From NCBI GenBank assembly GCA_973895155.1, contig OZ316892.1, forward strand, positions 5,612,476 through 5,676,475: a DNA stretch of 64,000 nt, read 5' to 3'. The first letter of the stretch is position 1, and the number at the start of each line of letters is the position of its first letter. This DNA is from Marsupella aquatica. Its lineage: Eukaryota > Plantae > Marchantiophyta. Below, one piece after another: positions 25,856 through 38,608 of the stretch. A model generated the notes under the pieces. That model was not told the origin of the DNA. It did not search any database and was given only the letters and a program-made list of their open reading frames with translations. The position numbers were made by a program, and so were the translations under genes.

Positions 25856-28504
25856 AGCTAGCTCGCTGGCTGCGGTTGGGTTGTTACTATTGTTCGAAAA
25901 CTTCCACGGATAGATCGCTAACGTCTCCCTCCAAGGTAGAGATATACAGAAAATGAGTTTCGTCACGGCACGCCCACCTTCGACCTGGTCTCTGAACGGA
26001 AAAGAGAAAAGACACGAAGAACGGGTCCAAGGGTTATACTTCTTATCGCAGAGAGTGCGATGTCAAATGAACGAGATGATAGCGAGATTCTCACGGCAAC
26101 TCCAAAGAATGTACTGTAGACTCCAAACCTTGGAACCAAGGCTGCGAGGAAACGTATGGAAACAGGAAGAAGGTCTCTCTTCAGGGATGACAAGAGGAGC
26201 TTCAATCACACTGGAATGAACCTCGACCTCCGCCCCTTGGACTAAAATCGGAAGTCCTGACCGAACACAACAGAAAAACTTCTTTGACCCCGACCGATCT
26301 ATCGACACTGGGCTCCGGATGAAGAAGAGGAAGGAAAAAAAGGGAGAAAAGGGAGAAAAGACCGCAACAAACGACATCTGACGCATTCTGAATAAAACTG
26401 CACGGAATGTACGTCACATAACATGCAAGGACCGGCAATGCAACGGAGAGACGTATCATACATGCCAAGGAGCGGTCGTGGGTCGATGGATCGCGTGACT
26501 TTCACCAGACCTTGAATCCAGCCAGAAAACACTACAGTAGCTAGACACAGCTCAACCCAGTTCGCTTTTCCTTGAACAATCACTCACTAGACAAGCCAGC
26601 CAGTCGACCTTTCCTAGACAGCGTGAAGGCACGGATGAGCGCGGCTCAAGCAAGCAGGCAGGCATGAATAGGTAAGCGCAAATAGCAAGAAGGCACAAGC
26701 AACACAGTCAATCAACCAATCAACGCGCATCATGTTCGTGACAGCTTCATTGCCAGAAGCTGTAAAGCTCGCCACAGATCACGGAATCTGAGGAAAGACA
26801 CAGACGAGCACATTCTCCGAATCGATCGCGAGCCACGACAGTACCGATCGAGCACAGAGTCAGCGGCCAAAACAACGCACATTGCGTACTGTAACGTGGC
26901 CAGAACGACTCCGTCCCTCCATGAGTGCCGGTGACATAGCAAGAATGCAAAGGCACTAATTGTTGGGAGCGCAGCAAGTATAAGAAGTACCGTCTGCTCA
27001 GTTGTAAGCGACCGTGTTTGAAGGAAATCCGGTGACAGAAAGTCCCAATCACCTCAATCTTGCAGTGTGCTGTAGAAGAAGCACGAATTCTTAGCAAGTG
27101 CGCGCATTCGGGAATGAGTTGAAGAAATTGCTACATTCTTGCAATGGACTGTAGAAACAGGAATTCTTGGCTATGGCAGGACCGCCCGATTCGCAATAAA
27201 GGACGAGAACAGCGATGAAGGAGCGCTCTGGGTGGGGAAGAGAGCGCACATCATTAATACGCAGCATGAAGGGATCTAAAGGGACCGAACCACTACTTGT
27301 TTTGGATCGGCATTGCAGGATTGCGACTCGGCTCAGCACGTTTCTTTTCCAAACCAGTGAAGTTGAAACTCGGTTCGTAGGTCAGGTGTACGTTTCTACA
27401 GAAGTGTGGTGTAGGGTAACCTATGGTTCCCCTAAAGCACAACTGCCCTTCAAAAAGTTACCAGTAGTTACCATTAAAAATAGAATTTTCCTGAAATTGT
27501 GGAGCAAATTGGCATGTTAGAGGAGAACATTGATTGAAATGTGGAAAAAAGGGGAGGTCTTGGACACTTCCCCTTATATAGGGGGAAGTTGTGGTCTAAG
27601 TGCCCATCAATATATGAGATGTAAGGTGTAAAACATCACTCCTTACCATGATATTATCACTTTTACGTCAGGTGCACAATGTATATTATCACAATTTGAT
27701 GTGTATATTATCATATTTATGATGTGTGATTAGCAGCAGGCTGACCCATCCCCTTAGGGTAACCCATCCCCAAGAGGAGATAATGTATACAATAATGCAG
27801 GTCTGGTTTGGGGTTATTAGCCTCTAACCTCTGACCAGAAAGTGAAGAAAACTTGACCAGCGGTAGTTAAGAAGGTGTTTTGAGCTTTCTTTCTTGGAAC
27901 AAGGTTCAGGCTAGAATCTCTGTCTAGACATGCAATATAGCAAGTAATTTTTGTCCAGAAAAAGTTACTTCTGGGCAATAGATTATGGGAATAGCAAGGG
28001 ACTTCATAAATATTTACATGTTGATAGCCTGCCTTCCTGACAGGATTTACGGGATGTAATCCCACAGGGCGCTCCGAGAGAGAGTGTTTAGAATTCACTA
28101 TCTCAAACTGGAGATGAGTTACTTGCATGTAAGCGACCCTTTGTGAAGGGGCCCTCTACTTCACAATATTGTAGAGATACCTCAACTTCCTGCAGGGCCA
28201 AGGGCAAGTGCAGGAAAGTTTCTATCCCTTACAGGTCCCATCTTTTGCATGTGAGATAAACAGAATGTCCTGCAGATGAGGGAATTCATGGGCAAAGGCA
28301 GTTATCACATGTCAGAGGAACAAGAATGATGTACCCTAGAACCCTGCCCGCAACCCGTTATCATACATACATCCTGTCCAGAAAAGGACTACCCGGGTGT
28401 AAATTTGGGGGCACCAATTTATCAGAACAGGAGTGCAGGCTAGAAATGTTTACTCACAGGTAACCATCATTCCGTGCAAAATTTACATGGAAAGCTTTGC
28501 TCGC

Positions 28505-29685
28505 AGGTGGGAAACTTGCAGGTAACCCTAGCCCTTCCCTTTCTATAGTAGGGGGTGTCAAATATGCTCCTACAATAGGGGGTGTCTACAATCATGTTCC
28601 TGGCAGCAGAGTAAGGATGTCTGTTCAGCACACCGTGGAAAGTTTAGTCAGTTTGAGGTTTGGACAGGACATGGGTGGACAATGAGGATTTAACTGGGCC
28701 GGCCGGGTCTGTCGCCCCTACACCGGGCACCACTACTTGATTCAGGCACCACAGAACCTACATAGTGTCAGTTTTTGATGACAAAATAAATCCTGTTTAA
28801 GTTGGTGTGATCTTTCAAGTTCAAGTTACCCACTGACAAAAGTTGGGGCTTTTTTGGACATCTCCAACACTCAACACCATATCTTCAAAATCACTTTTTC
28901 ACAAACTACCATCTACATTTTTCTTTTGGTAGTAAAGCAAAGTTCAAACCAAAACTAAGCTAGGTAGCTTCTTCAATTACATCAACGATTATAAGTGAAG
29001 TTTACAAAAAGAATTATGCTTAAGTCAAACAAATCACCTAAGAAAATTGCACTAGTGTAGATTGTGAAAAGCAGAATTTTGAGGATGTGGGGTTGTGTTA
29101 TAGATGTCCGGACCAAAAAGTTCCAACTTTCCCAGTAGTGAGCTTGAATGTCAAACAGCACATGGAATTTTTTTTAGCTCAAACAGGATTCATGTTATCA
29201 TTCAATAAAATATTGGGATTTATGAAAATCTAACATTATGTAGGTTTTGCTGCGCCCTGAGTCAAGCTATGGTGCCATATGTACGTAGTAGCAGCAGACC
29301 CATCAACAACTACTATGAAGTTACTGCATTTCTGATGGTTCGTCAGCGGAAGGGCCTGGTCAAGTCCTGCATGGATCTTTGGGGTCCATCAAGTCCTGAA
29401 GATGTATGTAGGTGGGGCCTCGCTAAGTCCTTTGCAAGTGGAAAGTAAAAAGCCTTGTACACAGCCTGTGGAAAGCTTGCGGATCACCCTAGGGCTGTCC
29501 CTTTCGACAATAGGGGGTGTCAAACATCCTGCTGGCAAGCAACTAAGGATGTCTGTTCAGCTTTGGACAGGACAAGGTGGAAATCTTATTCAGGTGTAGC
29601 TTCAGACAAGAAGCAGGTGGATATAGGTGGATAGTGGAAAACTTCAGACATAGGTGGGAAGCTTGCAGATCACCCTAGCCCTGTC
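28505..29685. repeat. Dispersed direct repeats flanking the foldback element
   Basis: gtgg(g)aa..ttgc...accctag...caatagggggtgtc...taaggatgtctgttcagc...ttggacaggaca at ~28505-28680 and ~29468-29580, with a partial third copy at ~29654-29685. Confidence 0.7.
28705..29300. mobile_element. Old foldback/long-inverted-repeat non-autonomous DNA element
   Basis: The left arm (ggcaccactacttgattcagg...aacctacata...aatcctgttt...aaagttggggctttttt ggacatct...caaaatcactttttcacaaactac) matches the reverse complement of the right arm (~29056-29276) over ~200 bp with many mismatches. No TSD found. Confidence 0.65.
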
Positions 29686-30602
29686 TGGAACGAGTTGACT
29701 CCATTGGCAAAAACCTTGGTGCACGAGAACCTGGCTCCCACTTCTTCATGGACTAAAACAAGGAGGGGTCACAGTCACTACAAATGACACTTTGGAAACG
29801 TAGAGAGCAAATTCCATAACCATGGGCAGGGGCATGTCTGCGTGTGCCTTTGGACTTGTGCCCTCAAATTCTAGTGTCCAGCTCATTCCAGAGTCACTTA
29901 GTATTGGGATTTGAAGGAGGCCAATCACTTTTATTTTGAGGGTTGGGAGGGTGATATGATGATGCTTTGACAATACCAACAAGGTGCCCAAAATAATGGA
30001 ATAGATGTCTTTTCTAACACCTTCTAATTTGTGGCACATACTTTGTGCTTTCGTCATGGTGCAGTGTTTGGAAATGGAAAGTTTTTGGTCTTCATAAGAA
30101 AAATTACTTTCTGAAACTTGAACAATGTCATCAACACAATGCTGTGTTTGAATTGGTACTGTAGCTGGGTTCAAATTAGACCCCAAAACAATTGGACATT
30201 CAACTTTAGGAGTGCGAGTTGAACTGGAATGACTGAAATGACAATAACTCAGTACTTCAAGCCTCACCATTGCAGGCATATCAATGGTGACAACTGGAAT
30301 GGTCTTGTTTTGTATTAGATATGTATTCTCTGACTCCCCTTCTGTAATTGTAGTGGTTGAATTAGAATTGCATGCTTGGATGGACCCATGGGATGAACCT
30401 CAAGTCCATCATGGACTTTGTACTCCCAAAAGTAAAGCACTGACATAACTGATCTGACAAAAGTGATGTGGTCGTATACTTTAGTGTGAATATGAATGTA
30501 TTTTAATTATTTCCGTCAATGGTGGTTGGAAATGGTCCAAAATATCTCCTTCTCCCATGGACCCGCCCATGGATCACGGTCATGCTCCATCACAATCAGT
30601 GG

Positions 30603-30706
30603 ATCTTGAGGTTCCACAACGCAGCCCAGAAAAAACAGCAGAGACTCGATCTGAAAGCTCCACAAATCTTGAGGTTCCACAACACAGCCCAGAGAAAACA
30701 GTAGAG
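30603..30706. repeat. 63-bp period tandem duplication
   Basis: atcttgaggttccacaac(g/a)cagcccaga(a/g)aaaacag(c/t)agag at 30603 and 30666. Confidence 0.9.
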
Positions 30707-32129
30707 CTCCCAAGGAAAGAAGCTTAATTCTACATCCATCTTCACATCAGAGATTTTGATATCTACTTTTCAAAGTACTGACCGTCAATTTTTAACAAAT
30801 GTTGACAATCATGGGCTAATTAGAACCTTCTCGTCAAGATCTTCCAAAGCCATGTTATATGTGTATTTTTGTTATGATTTTACTCAACAATGTCAAATCT
30901 AAATTTGCTGCTGGAAAAATTCTGCGGTAATCGGAAAATTTTGATTGATTGTAACTCCTTTAAATCTAAACTAAAATATCTGATGTTGGATTCTTTGAAA
31001 GCATATTGAAAGAGATCTTTCTAATGCACCATATCACTCCCAATTTTGTTGTGGATTGATAGATTGACTCGTGTGATAGATTGACTCATTATTATCTTGC
31101 ATGAGTTGATTGGATATTGGGAAGCACTGTAGACATGAACTTCATCCCTGAAGGAATTCACAACTATCATCTCAAAACCTCACTGAAAATCATCCATGGG
31201 AGTGCCAAGCTGATTTGCCAAAGCTGAGTATCACGTGACCTTGCCTTTAGTTTAAGCTACATTGATGGATTGACTACCGGCTTTATAATTGAACAAAACT
31301 ACCAGCTCTATAATTGAACAAAACTACCAGCTCTACTGGACAGAATACCTACTGCACCCGGTGTCCCTCTTGTTACAGGTCATATTACAGACGGAAGTGT
31401 AAGAAGTACCATTTAAGTTAAAATAGATGTTTGATCAAGGTCCATCCGGGTTGTTAGAATCCATTAGGGCATTTTGCTATACTTGGAGTAACCTTCACTT
31501 TTGTTTGAATTCATTACACATTCCTTTTTGGGATGAAATGTTGTTGGGAAGTAGATTGAAGAGGCTTGCACTCAAACAATGCTTTGTAACATACATGAGT
31601 TGTGTGCCTATCATTTCAGCTTACACTCTAAATTAATATCACAATACCAAATTTGACCACAATGCCCAAACTCAAACACAATGCCAATTTTCAAACACAA
31701 GGCTGCATTTTTACAAAAATTAACCAGAATACAGTCTAGTCAGAACTTAAGCTTCTCCTCTCTTTACTCTTCAGAATTGTGATTTTCAGTTTCTTCACTT
31801 TTTAGAGTTCCCTCCCGGGGTCCTCACTTCTTTTCTTCCAACCCATTGCGCGCGAAGAAGTCGGGTTTTTTTTTAATTCAATTGCTTGGATGACTTTACA
31901 ATTTTTGTTGAAGAAATATATGGGTGTTTTAATCCAATTTTGATAATTATAAGAACAATAGGGTTTGTAATACCAAAAATTTGAGAATGTTCTCAAAATT
32001 TAGGGGTTAAAAATAGTAGATCTTAAGTTTTAGGGTATTTATTATTTGAAAACTTTGTGTGTGATATGGGATTGCCCTTGGAGTGAGGCCCCCAGGAGTT
32101 CCTAGGTGAAATAGATTTGGGGGCATCAA

Positions 32130-33005
32130 CACTATAATACAAGGGTGCATCCTTTTATGGCCTGGTCATCTTTCAAATTTGGCGGGGGCATCTTGGGTGA
32201 GAACAAACAAAACTCAAAGTGAATTATATTTGGTGGAGTGAAAAGTGAATGCACAGCTATCCAAGCAAACAGAAAAAAGGTTGTTGCACAAAGATCAAAT
32301 CTTCCCACTGTACGTCTACCTTCCATGCATACTTGGTCCTCCCTCTACCATCAAAATCAAAAATTATAATTATACAAGGTTGCACCCTTTTATGGTGTGT
32401 TTGTCTTTCAAAGCTAAACTAAAAAAAGTGAAGTATATTTGCTGTGAGTAAAAAAAAGTGAATGCAAGGCTATCCAAGCATACAGAAAGAAAGGCTAATG
32501 CACTAAGATAAAATGGTCCCACTAACATCCATGAATACCTGGTCCACCCTTCACCATCCATGCAAAGGAGCTCGATGAGATTTTGTATGCAACCAGATCT
32601 TTTCCACGTCAAAATCTTTTACTCAAGATATCTTATGCACCATGATATTTTCTCAACTACATCTTTAGCACAATGTTATCAATTACGCATTTACATCTTT
32701 TGCCAAACGACATCTTTAGTAATCTACATCTTTTGCATAACCACATATTTTACTTAACAACATCTTTTGAGCAAACCATATTTTTTTTTTAACTACATCT
32801 TTTGCATAGCAATTTTTTTTGTGCAATGACATCTTTACTTAGCGATATTGTTACGCATTGACATCTTTTAGTAATCTACATCTTTTGCACAACAACATAT
32901 TTTCCTTAAGTACATCTTTTGAGCAACCACATATTTTATTTAACGACATCTTTTGAATATCAAAATCTATTGCGCAATGACATCTTTACTTAACAATATT
33001 GTTAC
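32130..33005. repeat. Diverged ~220-bp duplication followed by an ACATCTTT-core degenerate array
   Basis: atacaagg.tgca.ccttttatgg and aaaagtgaatgca..gctatccaagca.acagaaa each occur twice (~32133-32350 and ~32365-32560); more than ten ACATCTTT/CATATTTT cores between 32590 and 33005. Confidence 0.7.
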
Positions 33006-33546
33006 ACAACAGCAACACACCTGAATTGAACTCATCTTCTTTATAAATATATAACAGAGTGCCCAAGGGCAAAAATCCCAAACTGGGAGACAAGATCCCA
33101 AAGGCAAAGCAACCCACTGAAGGGGAGGAAAAAAGGGGAAAGGGCCCCAAGAAAAAAACATGCCAAGGGGTCCGTAACCCAAAAACCAAAGCCAAAGTAA
33201 CTTATAAAGCACAAAGAGAAGCTACAGTTGGGGTTTTGGCGGAGGCATCTTACTTATAAAGCCCAAAGTGAAGCTACAGTTGGGGTCTAGCTGGGCCCAG
33301 AGGTCCACTAAGCATATCTCTGCTCGAATAGAATCTACACTAGAGTTCTACACTAGAGTTGTCGGACTAGGTTATAGAGTCAAGCCTAGTGACTCTAGGG
33401 CCTGCCAAAATATTTACTTGCATGGAATGAAGTAATTTACATTGGCTTTCTTAGTGCACACAATACGTGCCATCTCCATGGACATTGGCTTTCCAAGTGC
33501 ACAAGAAAGTCTAGGATTTGGCACTGAAAACTACTGTACCCAATCT

Positions 33547-35046
33547 TCATGAAGCACTGCAGAGCTGGTTCTCGAAACTCTGGATCTTAGAGTCGCCATT
33601 GTCTTTGCTGGTGCACAAGGAAGAATTGTGGAAGTTGTGGGTGATAGCTTGTTTCGATTGACTGTCCTCATGCACGCGGAAGAATTGCTGAAATTGTGGA
33701 TCCCTGTCAAGAGCTTGCAACACATCTGGAGTTGTCCGAAGGTTCAGAGTTGCAACAGATGAGGACCTGCTTGGAATAGGTGGGAGAACTATTGCCATCG
33801 CTAACATTGACGTAGAGCCAAAAGAGTTCGGCGTCGTAAAAACGTATGGCTTGCCAAAGCCGAAATCTATTTCATACATGCCGAAGTTGTACCATGAACT
33901 GAGGCACACGTGCCTAAGTTTACTGTTCGCCAAAGCTCCCATTGATTTCCCAATCACATCGGAATCGAGCCAATCCTCCCTCTTCGTTGTTTCCAATTTC
34001 TCACGAAATCTGCGCGCAGTGGACACCAAAGGCATCTCCAAAAGCTCATCGGTGGGGATTTCGGGCGGCAAGAGAAGTGTGGTGAAGTTTGCGCATACAT
34101 CGGGAACTGGATGGTCGAGAAACCGTGCTCTCCCTTCCACAGCGCGGCTTACAAAGACCCCTTTGTCAGGAAGTACTGATGGCCGAAGCACCTCGAAACT
34201 CCTCATCAATTGAGCCGCAATGCAATCTCCGGTGCTTACGTATCCTCGGTCCTCTCTAAGGCTTTTAGCTTCCTCTTTCAGAACTTTGATTGTCGATGCA
34301 TCAACTTCGAAAACTTTCGTTTTCCATGGTCCCAATTTTGCAATACGCTTGAAGGTAACCACGACGCCCGGGTCGGGGAATAGAGCTGCGAGGGATGGTA
34401 CGTCCAGCTGCGCTCTATTGTGATCCACTTTGACGTCGGTCTCATTGGTTCGAGAGAGGTCGGACCAGGCTCTCATGAAGTTGGAGAATCCCTGTCCATC
34501 CACATGCATGTGATCGAAGGTCACCGCCAGAACCAGCCCCCCGCATTTGAAACGGGTCACCTGGACGAAAATGGGAGTCGCTCCTCCTGGGGGCAGCTGC
34601 TGCGTGTGCTGCGTCACATCCAATCCAACGAAGCTGTGTCCCTGCAGCTCCGGGACCGCTTGAAATGCAGTAGAAGCGTGCACCACGGAGTCTATATCTG
34701 CGTCCATGTATGCTTCTATGAACGGAACGCCCTCATCGTTGCACAACAGCTTCCGTGCTCCGTTCCCCGGCGATGTCTCCACCCAGCGACCAGCGAACGA
34801 GAAGAATGGAATCAAGACCTTGGACAGAGACTCTTTGATGCGTTTCACTGTCTGCGAATACACAGCATCCGACTTGTCGCCAAGTCTGTAGGCGAAAAGA
34901 CATGGAAAGAACATCTCCGCGAAAAACGAGTCGAGGATTGTTGCGTCGATGGTTTCCACATGAGCAGTCTTCTCAAGTGGTTTGACGGTGGTGTGCAAGA
35001 CATCCGTAAAAGGAGGCAAATCCAGGGAGAGGAATTGATGCGCCAT
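33547..35046 (-). CDS. BAHD-family acyl-CoA acyltransferase, 499 aa, intronless
   Basis: Single ORF with SLSKVLIPFFSFAGR, CNDEGVPFIEA, QVTRFKCGG, catalytic HxxxD (HMHVDG), SSW and DFGFGKP (DFGWG variant). Confidence 0.96.
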   Translation of the reverse strand: MAHQFLSLDLPPFTDVLHTTVKPLEKTAHVETIDATILDSFFAEMFFPCLFAYRLGDKSDAVYSQTVKRIKESLSKVLIPFFSFAGRWVETSPGNGARKLLCNDEGVPFIEAYMDADIDSVVHASTAFQAVPELQGHSFVGLDVTQHTQQLPPGGATPIFVQVTRFKCGGLVLAVTFDHMHVDGQGFSNFMRAWSDLSRTNETDVKVDHNRAQLDVPSLAALFPDPGVVVTFKRIAKLGPWKTKVFEVDASTIKVLKEEAKSLREDRGYVSTGDCIAAQLMRSFEVLRPSVLPDKGVFVSRAVEGRARFLDHPVPDVCANFTTLLLPPEIPTDELLEMPLVSTARRFREKLETTKREDWLDSDVIGKSMGALANSKLRHVCLSSWYNFGMYEIDFGFGKPYVFTTPNSFGSTSMLAMAIVLPPIPSRSSSVATLNLRTTPDVLQALDRDPQFQQFFRVHEDSQSKQAITHNFHNSSLCTSKDNGDSKIQSFENQLCSAS

Positions 35047-38000
35047 TCTTACTGAATCGTTCTCCTCCTCGATGTTCAGAATTGTCGATTGAAATTGTCT
35101 GTTGTATCTACATTGAGATCGTCTATTGTACCTACACTGAGATCAGGACTTGAGCATTGAGTCGTCGTGCGTTTCTATTCACCGCACCCAGGACGCACAT
35201 CCTGAACCTCGACCAGATCAAAGCCAACACCCTCGACTGTGCGCACTTTAACTCCGTTCAGCTCACAATAAGGCTTGGAGAACAGCGTTCAACTACAGTA
35301 GCCCTGACTTTCACGACAAGTTGCTAGATTTTGGAAAGCATCTCTCAGCTAGCCCACTCTTTTTCTTTTCTTTTTTGCCTTGAAAGGACCAATTGAATTT
35401 CATTCAAAAAGTCAACATACAGAAAGGGGGGCCCAAAAGACACCAACCCAAAGGACCAAAGGTCAAAGTGCTAAGACCGGGGCCGGTACCAGGGAAGAAG
35501 TTGGCCCCCAAAAGGGAGGCACCTAAACAAGTAATTTAGAGACTACAGCCGGAGCAGCAAACTCCTAAAGACTGGCCAGTGATCAGGTTCCGGCGGGGTT
35601 CCTTTCGGTGGGTCCGTGAGAGAGCCAATCAGTCAGTCTGCAGTGCAACTTCCTAACCTGAGATAAGATTCTGATTCACGGGGGACGTGGAGGGACAGGC
35701 GGAACTTGGAGAGCTTCATCGTGGATCTCCCACAGGCCTACCCAGGTGCCGTAGTTAAAGGACATCTCATTTCGGGCCTCTCCTAGGGTGGTCTTGCCAG
35801 CCCTAATGTGGACTCTATGTCGTGCCCAGTCCTTTCGGAGGTAAATTCCGAGTCGATGCCAGGATTTCCGAATAACCCCCTGTGGGTTAGGTCTGGTGTG
35901 TTCAAAAAAATGTGTGCTTCTGTCCTTCCACACATTCCAACAAATGATAGCCCGAAGGGTATGCCATTGAAGCTTTACCGGTGTATACCACTCATCAGGT
36001 AGTGGCACTCCAACAAAAATGTGTGCGGGCTGAAGGCGAATTGAGTTGCCCCTAGAGAATGCACAAAGCTGGAGAACACCTTCCACCCATCTCCAAATGA
36101 TCTGAGATTGATGACAGCTCCATATGCAGTGAAGTATATCTTCCTGTTGATCCAATCCACACTGGGTGCACCAAGTGCTGGTATCGGAGGGTGGTAGCCG
36201 CGGAAATCTCCAATGTTGTGTTGCCGGGATCCTGTAAATCAACTGCCACAAGTAGCAATTTTCACTAGCAGCCTGAAAAGGTAGCCAAGTATCAGCCCAT
36301 AGCGTAAGTGGGTCCGGTCTCCAGTTCAAGCTGATGGCCCATTTCTGCACCGCTTTGTGAAGGGGTCCAGAAGTTGTACCTTGAATTTCCCTCAGATGTG
36401 TAGTGTGGGTGTCCAGAAAGGGAAGCCCATCTTTCCACTCATATTGTAGCAGGGGTGAAAGGGATCCCAGAGGCCTGCCAATCGGCTGCTTGAGAATGGG
36501 AGCTCTACCATGTGATCTCACTAGAACCCGGTGTAGAACGGTACCGATCAGGGGAGCTGAGTTGACCGATTTGTAGAGGAGTCCATTTGTCACCTTGAAG
36601 GTCTGCCTTGGATGTGAAGTATCATTAAATCTCTGCCATTGAGTTGTGACTCGATTCCGCTATATTTGGTATTCCCAAATGAACAGAGTTCCACAGGGCA
36701 TGGTAGCTTCCATAAAGACAGGAACGAGTTGCTCAGGCTCGCCATGTAGTTCTGGTACTCTCCTGAGGTTGGCAATAAGCTTGCGGTAGGCACGGGCGCA
36801 ATTCCCTGGGAGTATCAAATTCGAGCCTGCCTCCCATTCGATGAATCTTCCCTGTACATCTAGGACATCCTGCATGGAAATAATCCCGCCCTCCTGATTT
36901 TTCTCTGTGGATTGCTACGACATTTGGCTGCATTAGCATGGATGTGATTGATGTGCGGGGTCCAAAGAGGAAGATCACGCCATCCTTCTAAATGAGCAGG
37001 GGGTGTGGGACGGAGGTTCTTCTTGATGACATTCCACCCTGTACAAACATTGGTCCATACCTTCAAACCATTGTGTGGCAATGTGTGGCAGTCTCGGGTG
37101 GCAGTATGGGAATACCCAAGAGAAGTCTTCCCCTCCCCATTTTTGCTTAGAGAGTTGTTTAATCTCATGCTGTAGAATTCGACGCAGTGGGTAATCCCCT
37201 TCGGCCAGTGCCCAAGTGATGAAATTGCCTGCCAATGCCCTGAATTGCGCCACCAATGAGATGAGTCCTAGTCCCCCCAGCCGCTTTGGTCGAGTGATAG
37301 TAGCAAAGGCAACCCTCGATCGGGCCTTCTCGTTCTGCCCTGCCCACACGAAGGCAGTGATTTTCTTCTGAAGTGTAGCCAGGGTGTGCAGCTGCCCAGT
37401 CTTGATCGTGAGCATAAACCAAAGAGTGCTCATGACTAAATGGTTAGCGACCGTGACACAAGCAATAAGGGACCCCGAACTCCAACGGACCTTGTCTAGT
37501 CTGGATTCAAGCTTCTCCGCTAAGTAAGGAAAGCACCATTTGTTCTTTAGACTGAGATACTCTGTGCCACAGGAATTCCTAAGAGCTTAGTGGCGGTGGC
37601 TTCGGTCTCCCAACTCCAGGGCAAACGCCTGAATTGAATCGGGAGTCTGCGTGGGGAAATAAATGCTACTTTCGTTTTCTCCCAAATGCAAACGAGTCCG
37701 GAAGCTGGGCCAAAAAGGTCCAAGATCTGCTTACAATTGTCAACATTCTCCATGAAAGCGCGAATGAGCATAGCCAAGTTGTCTACATATAAATTGTGCA
37801 CATTGTGTACGCGTACAGGTTGAATGTCGACACCCTGAATGGTCCCCCTATCGACCGCCCATTGTATTATCCTGCTAAGGGCATCAATTGCAATAAGGAA
37901 CAAAAGAGGTGATAGGGGGCATCCCTGTCTGACCGATCGGGCTAGACTAAAGGATGAAGCCATTTGCCCATTGAGAAGTACTGCCGAGGATGCTGAGGCA

Positions 38001-38058
38001 TGGGTAGCTCCCAAAAATTGGATGAGTAGCCCGTCGAAGCCAACCTTCCCCATGAGAG

Positions 38059-38345
38059 CTCGGGGGGTTGACTATCAAAAATCTTAGGAACCACGTGCGA
38101 TCCAAAATAGGTATTTTTGGCAGATTTTCACTAAATTTTTAAAAAGCGTAGGAGGCAAAAGAAGGTATTATAAACTCATGTTTATAGAATATTCTTTAAT
38201 ATATACCCTTTATAAAGTAAAATAGATTATTAATATTGAAAATAGAGAGTATTCTTGGAATATTTTCTTTATAAAATAGGTCTATTTATATTAGGCTAGG
38301 ATCGCACGTGGTATCCCAAAATATACACTTAGTTAACCCCCCGAG
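38059..38345. mobile_element. 287-bp MITE with 8-bp TSD (hAT-like TSD length) inserted in the LINE RT
   Basis: TIR CTCGGGGGGTTGACTA / TAGTTAACCCCCCGAG (1 mismatch); inner inverted ACCACGTGCGATCC; TSD CATGAGAG at 38051-58 and 38346-53; removal restores KAFDKLEWPFLMALMGKVGFDG. Confidence 0.93.
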
Positions 38346-38608
38346 CATGAGAGCCATCAAGAAAGGCCATTCAAGTTTGTCGAAAGCCTTGGTTACGTCT
38401 AATTTCATCAGAATGTAATCCAGGCCAGAGACGTGAGCATGGTGTAACATTTCGTTGAGTAGCATCTAGGAATGGTGAATATTCCAACCTAGTAGAAAGG
38501 CAAATTGTTGTGGTGAGATGAACCTCTGTAGGACCGGAATCAGACGTAGCTAAAAGGCCTTCGCGCCAATATATCTTGTAAACCACATTCAGCAAAGTAA
38601 TGGGCCTT

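Noticed and set aside
27405-28370. Possible solo LTR (TATA-like ccccttatataggggg, similar to 2068-2095)
   Set aside because: No matching TG...CA termini with a TSD found.
29746-30279. 177-aa minus-strand ORF
   Set aside because: No recognisable motif or splice structure, and it lies in CpG-poor repeat-like DNA.
34420-35055. 211-aa plus-strand ORF, and similar antisense ORFs over psbO, gag and RPL28
   Set aside because: These are antisense shadows of real coding sequence on the minus strand.
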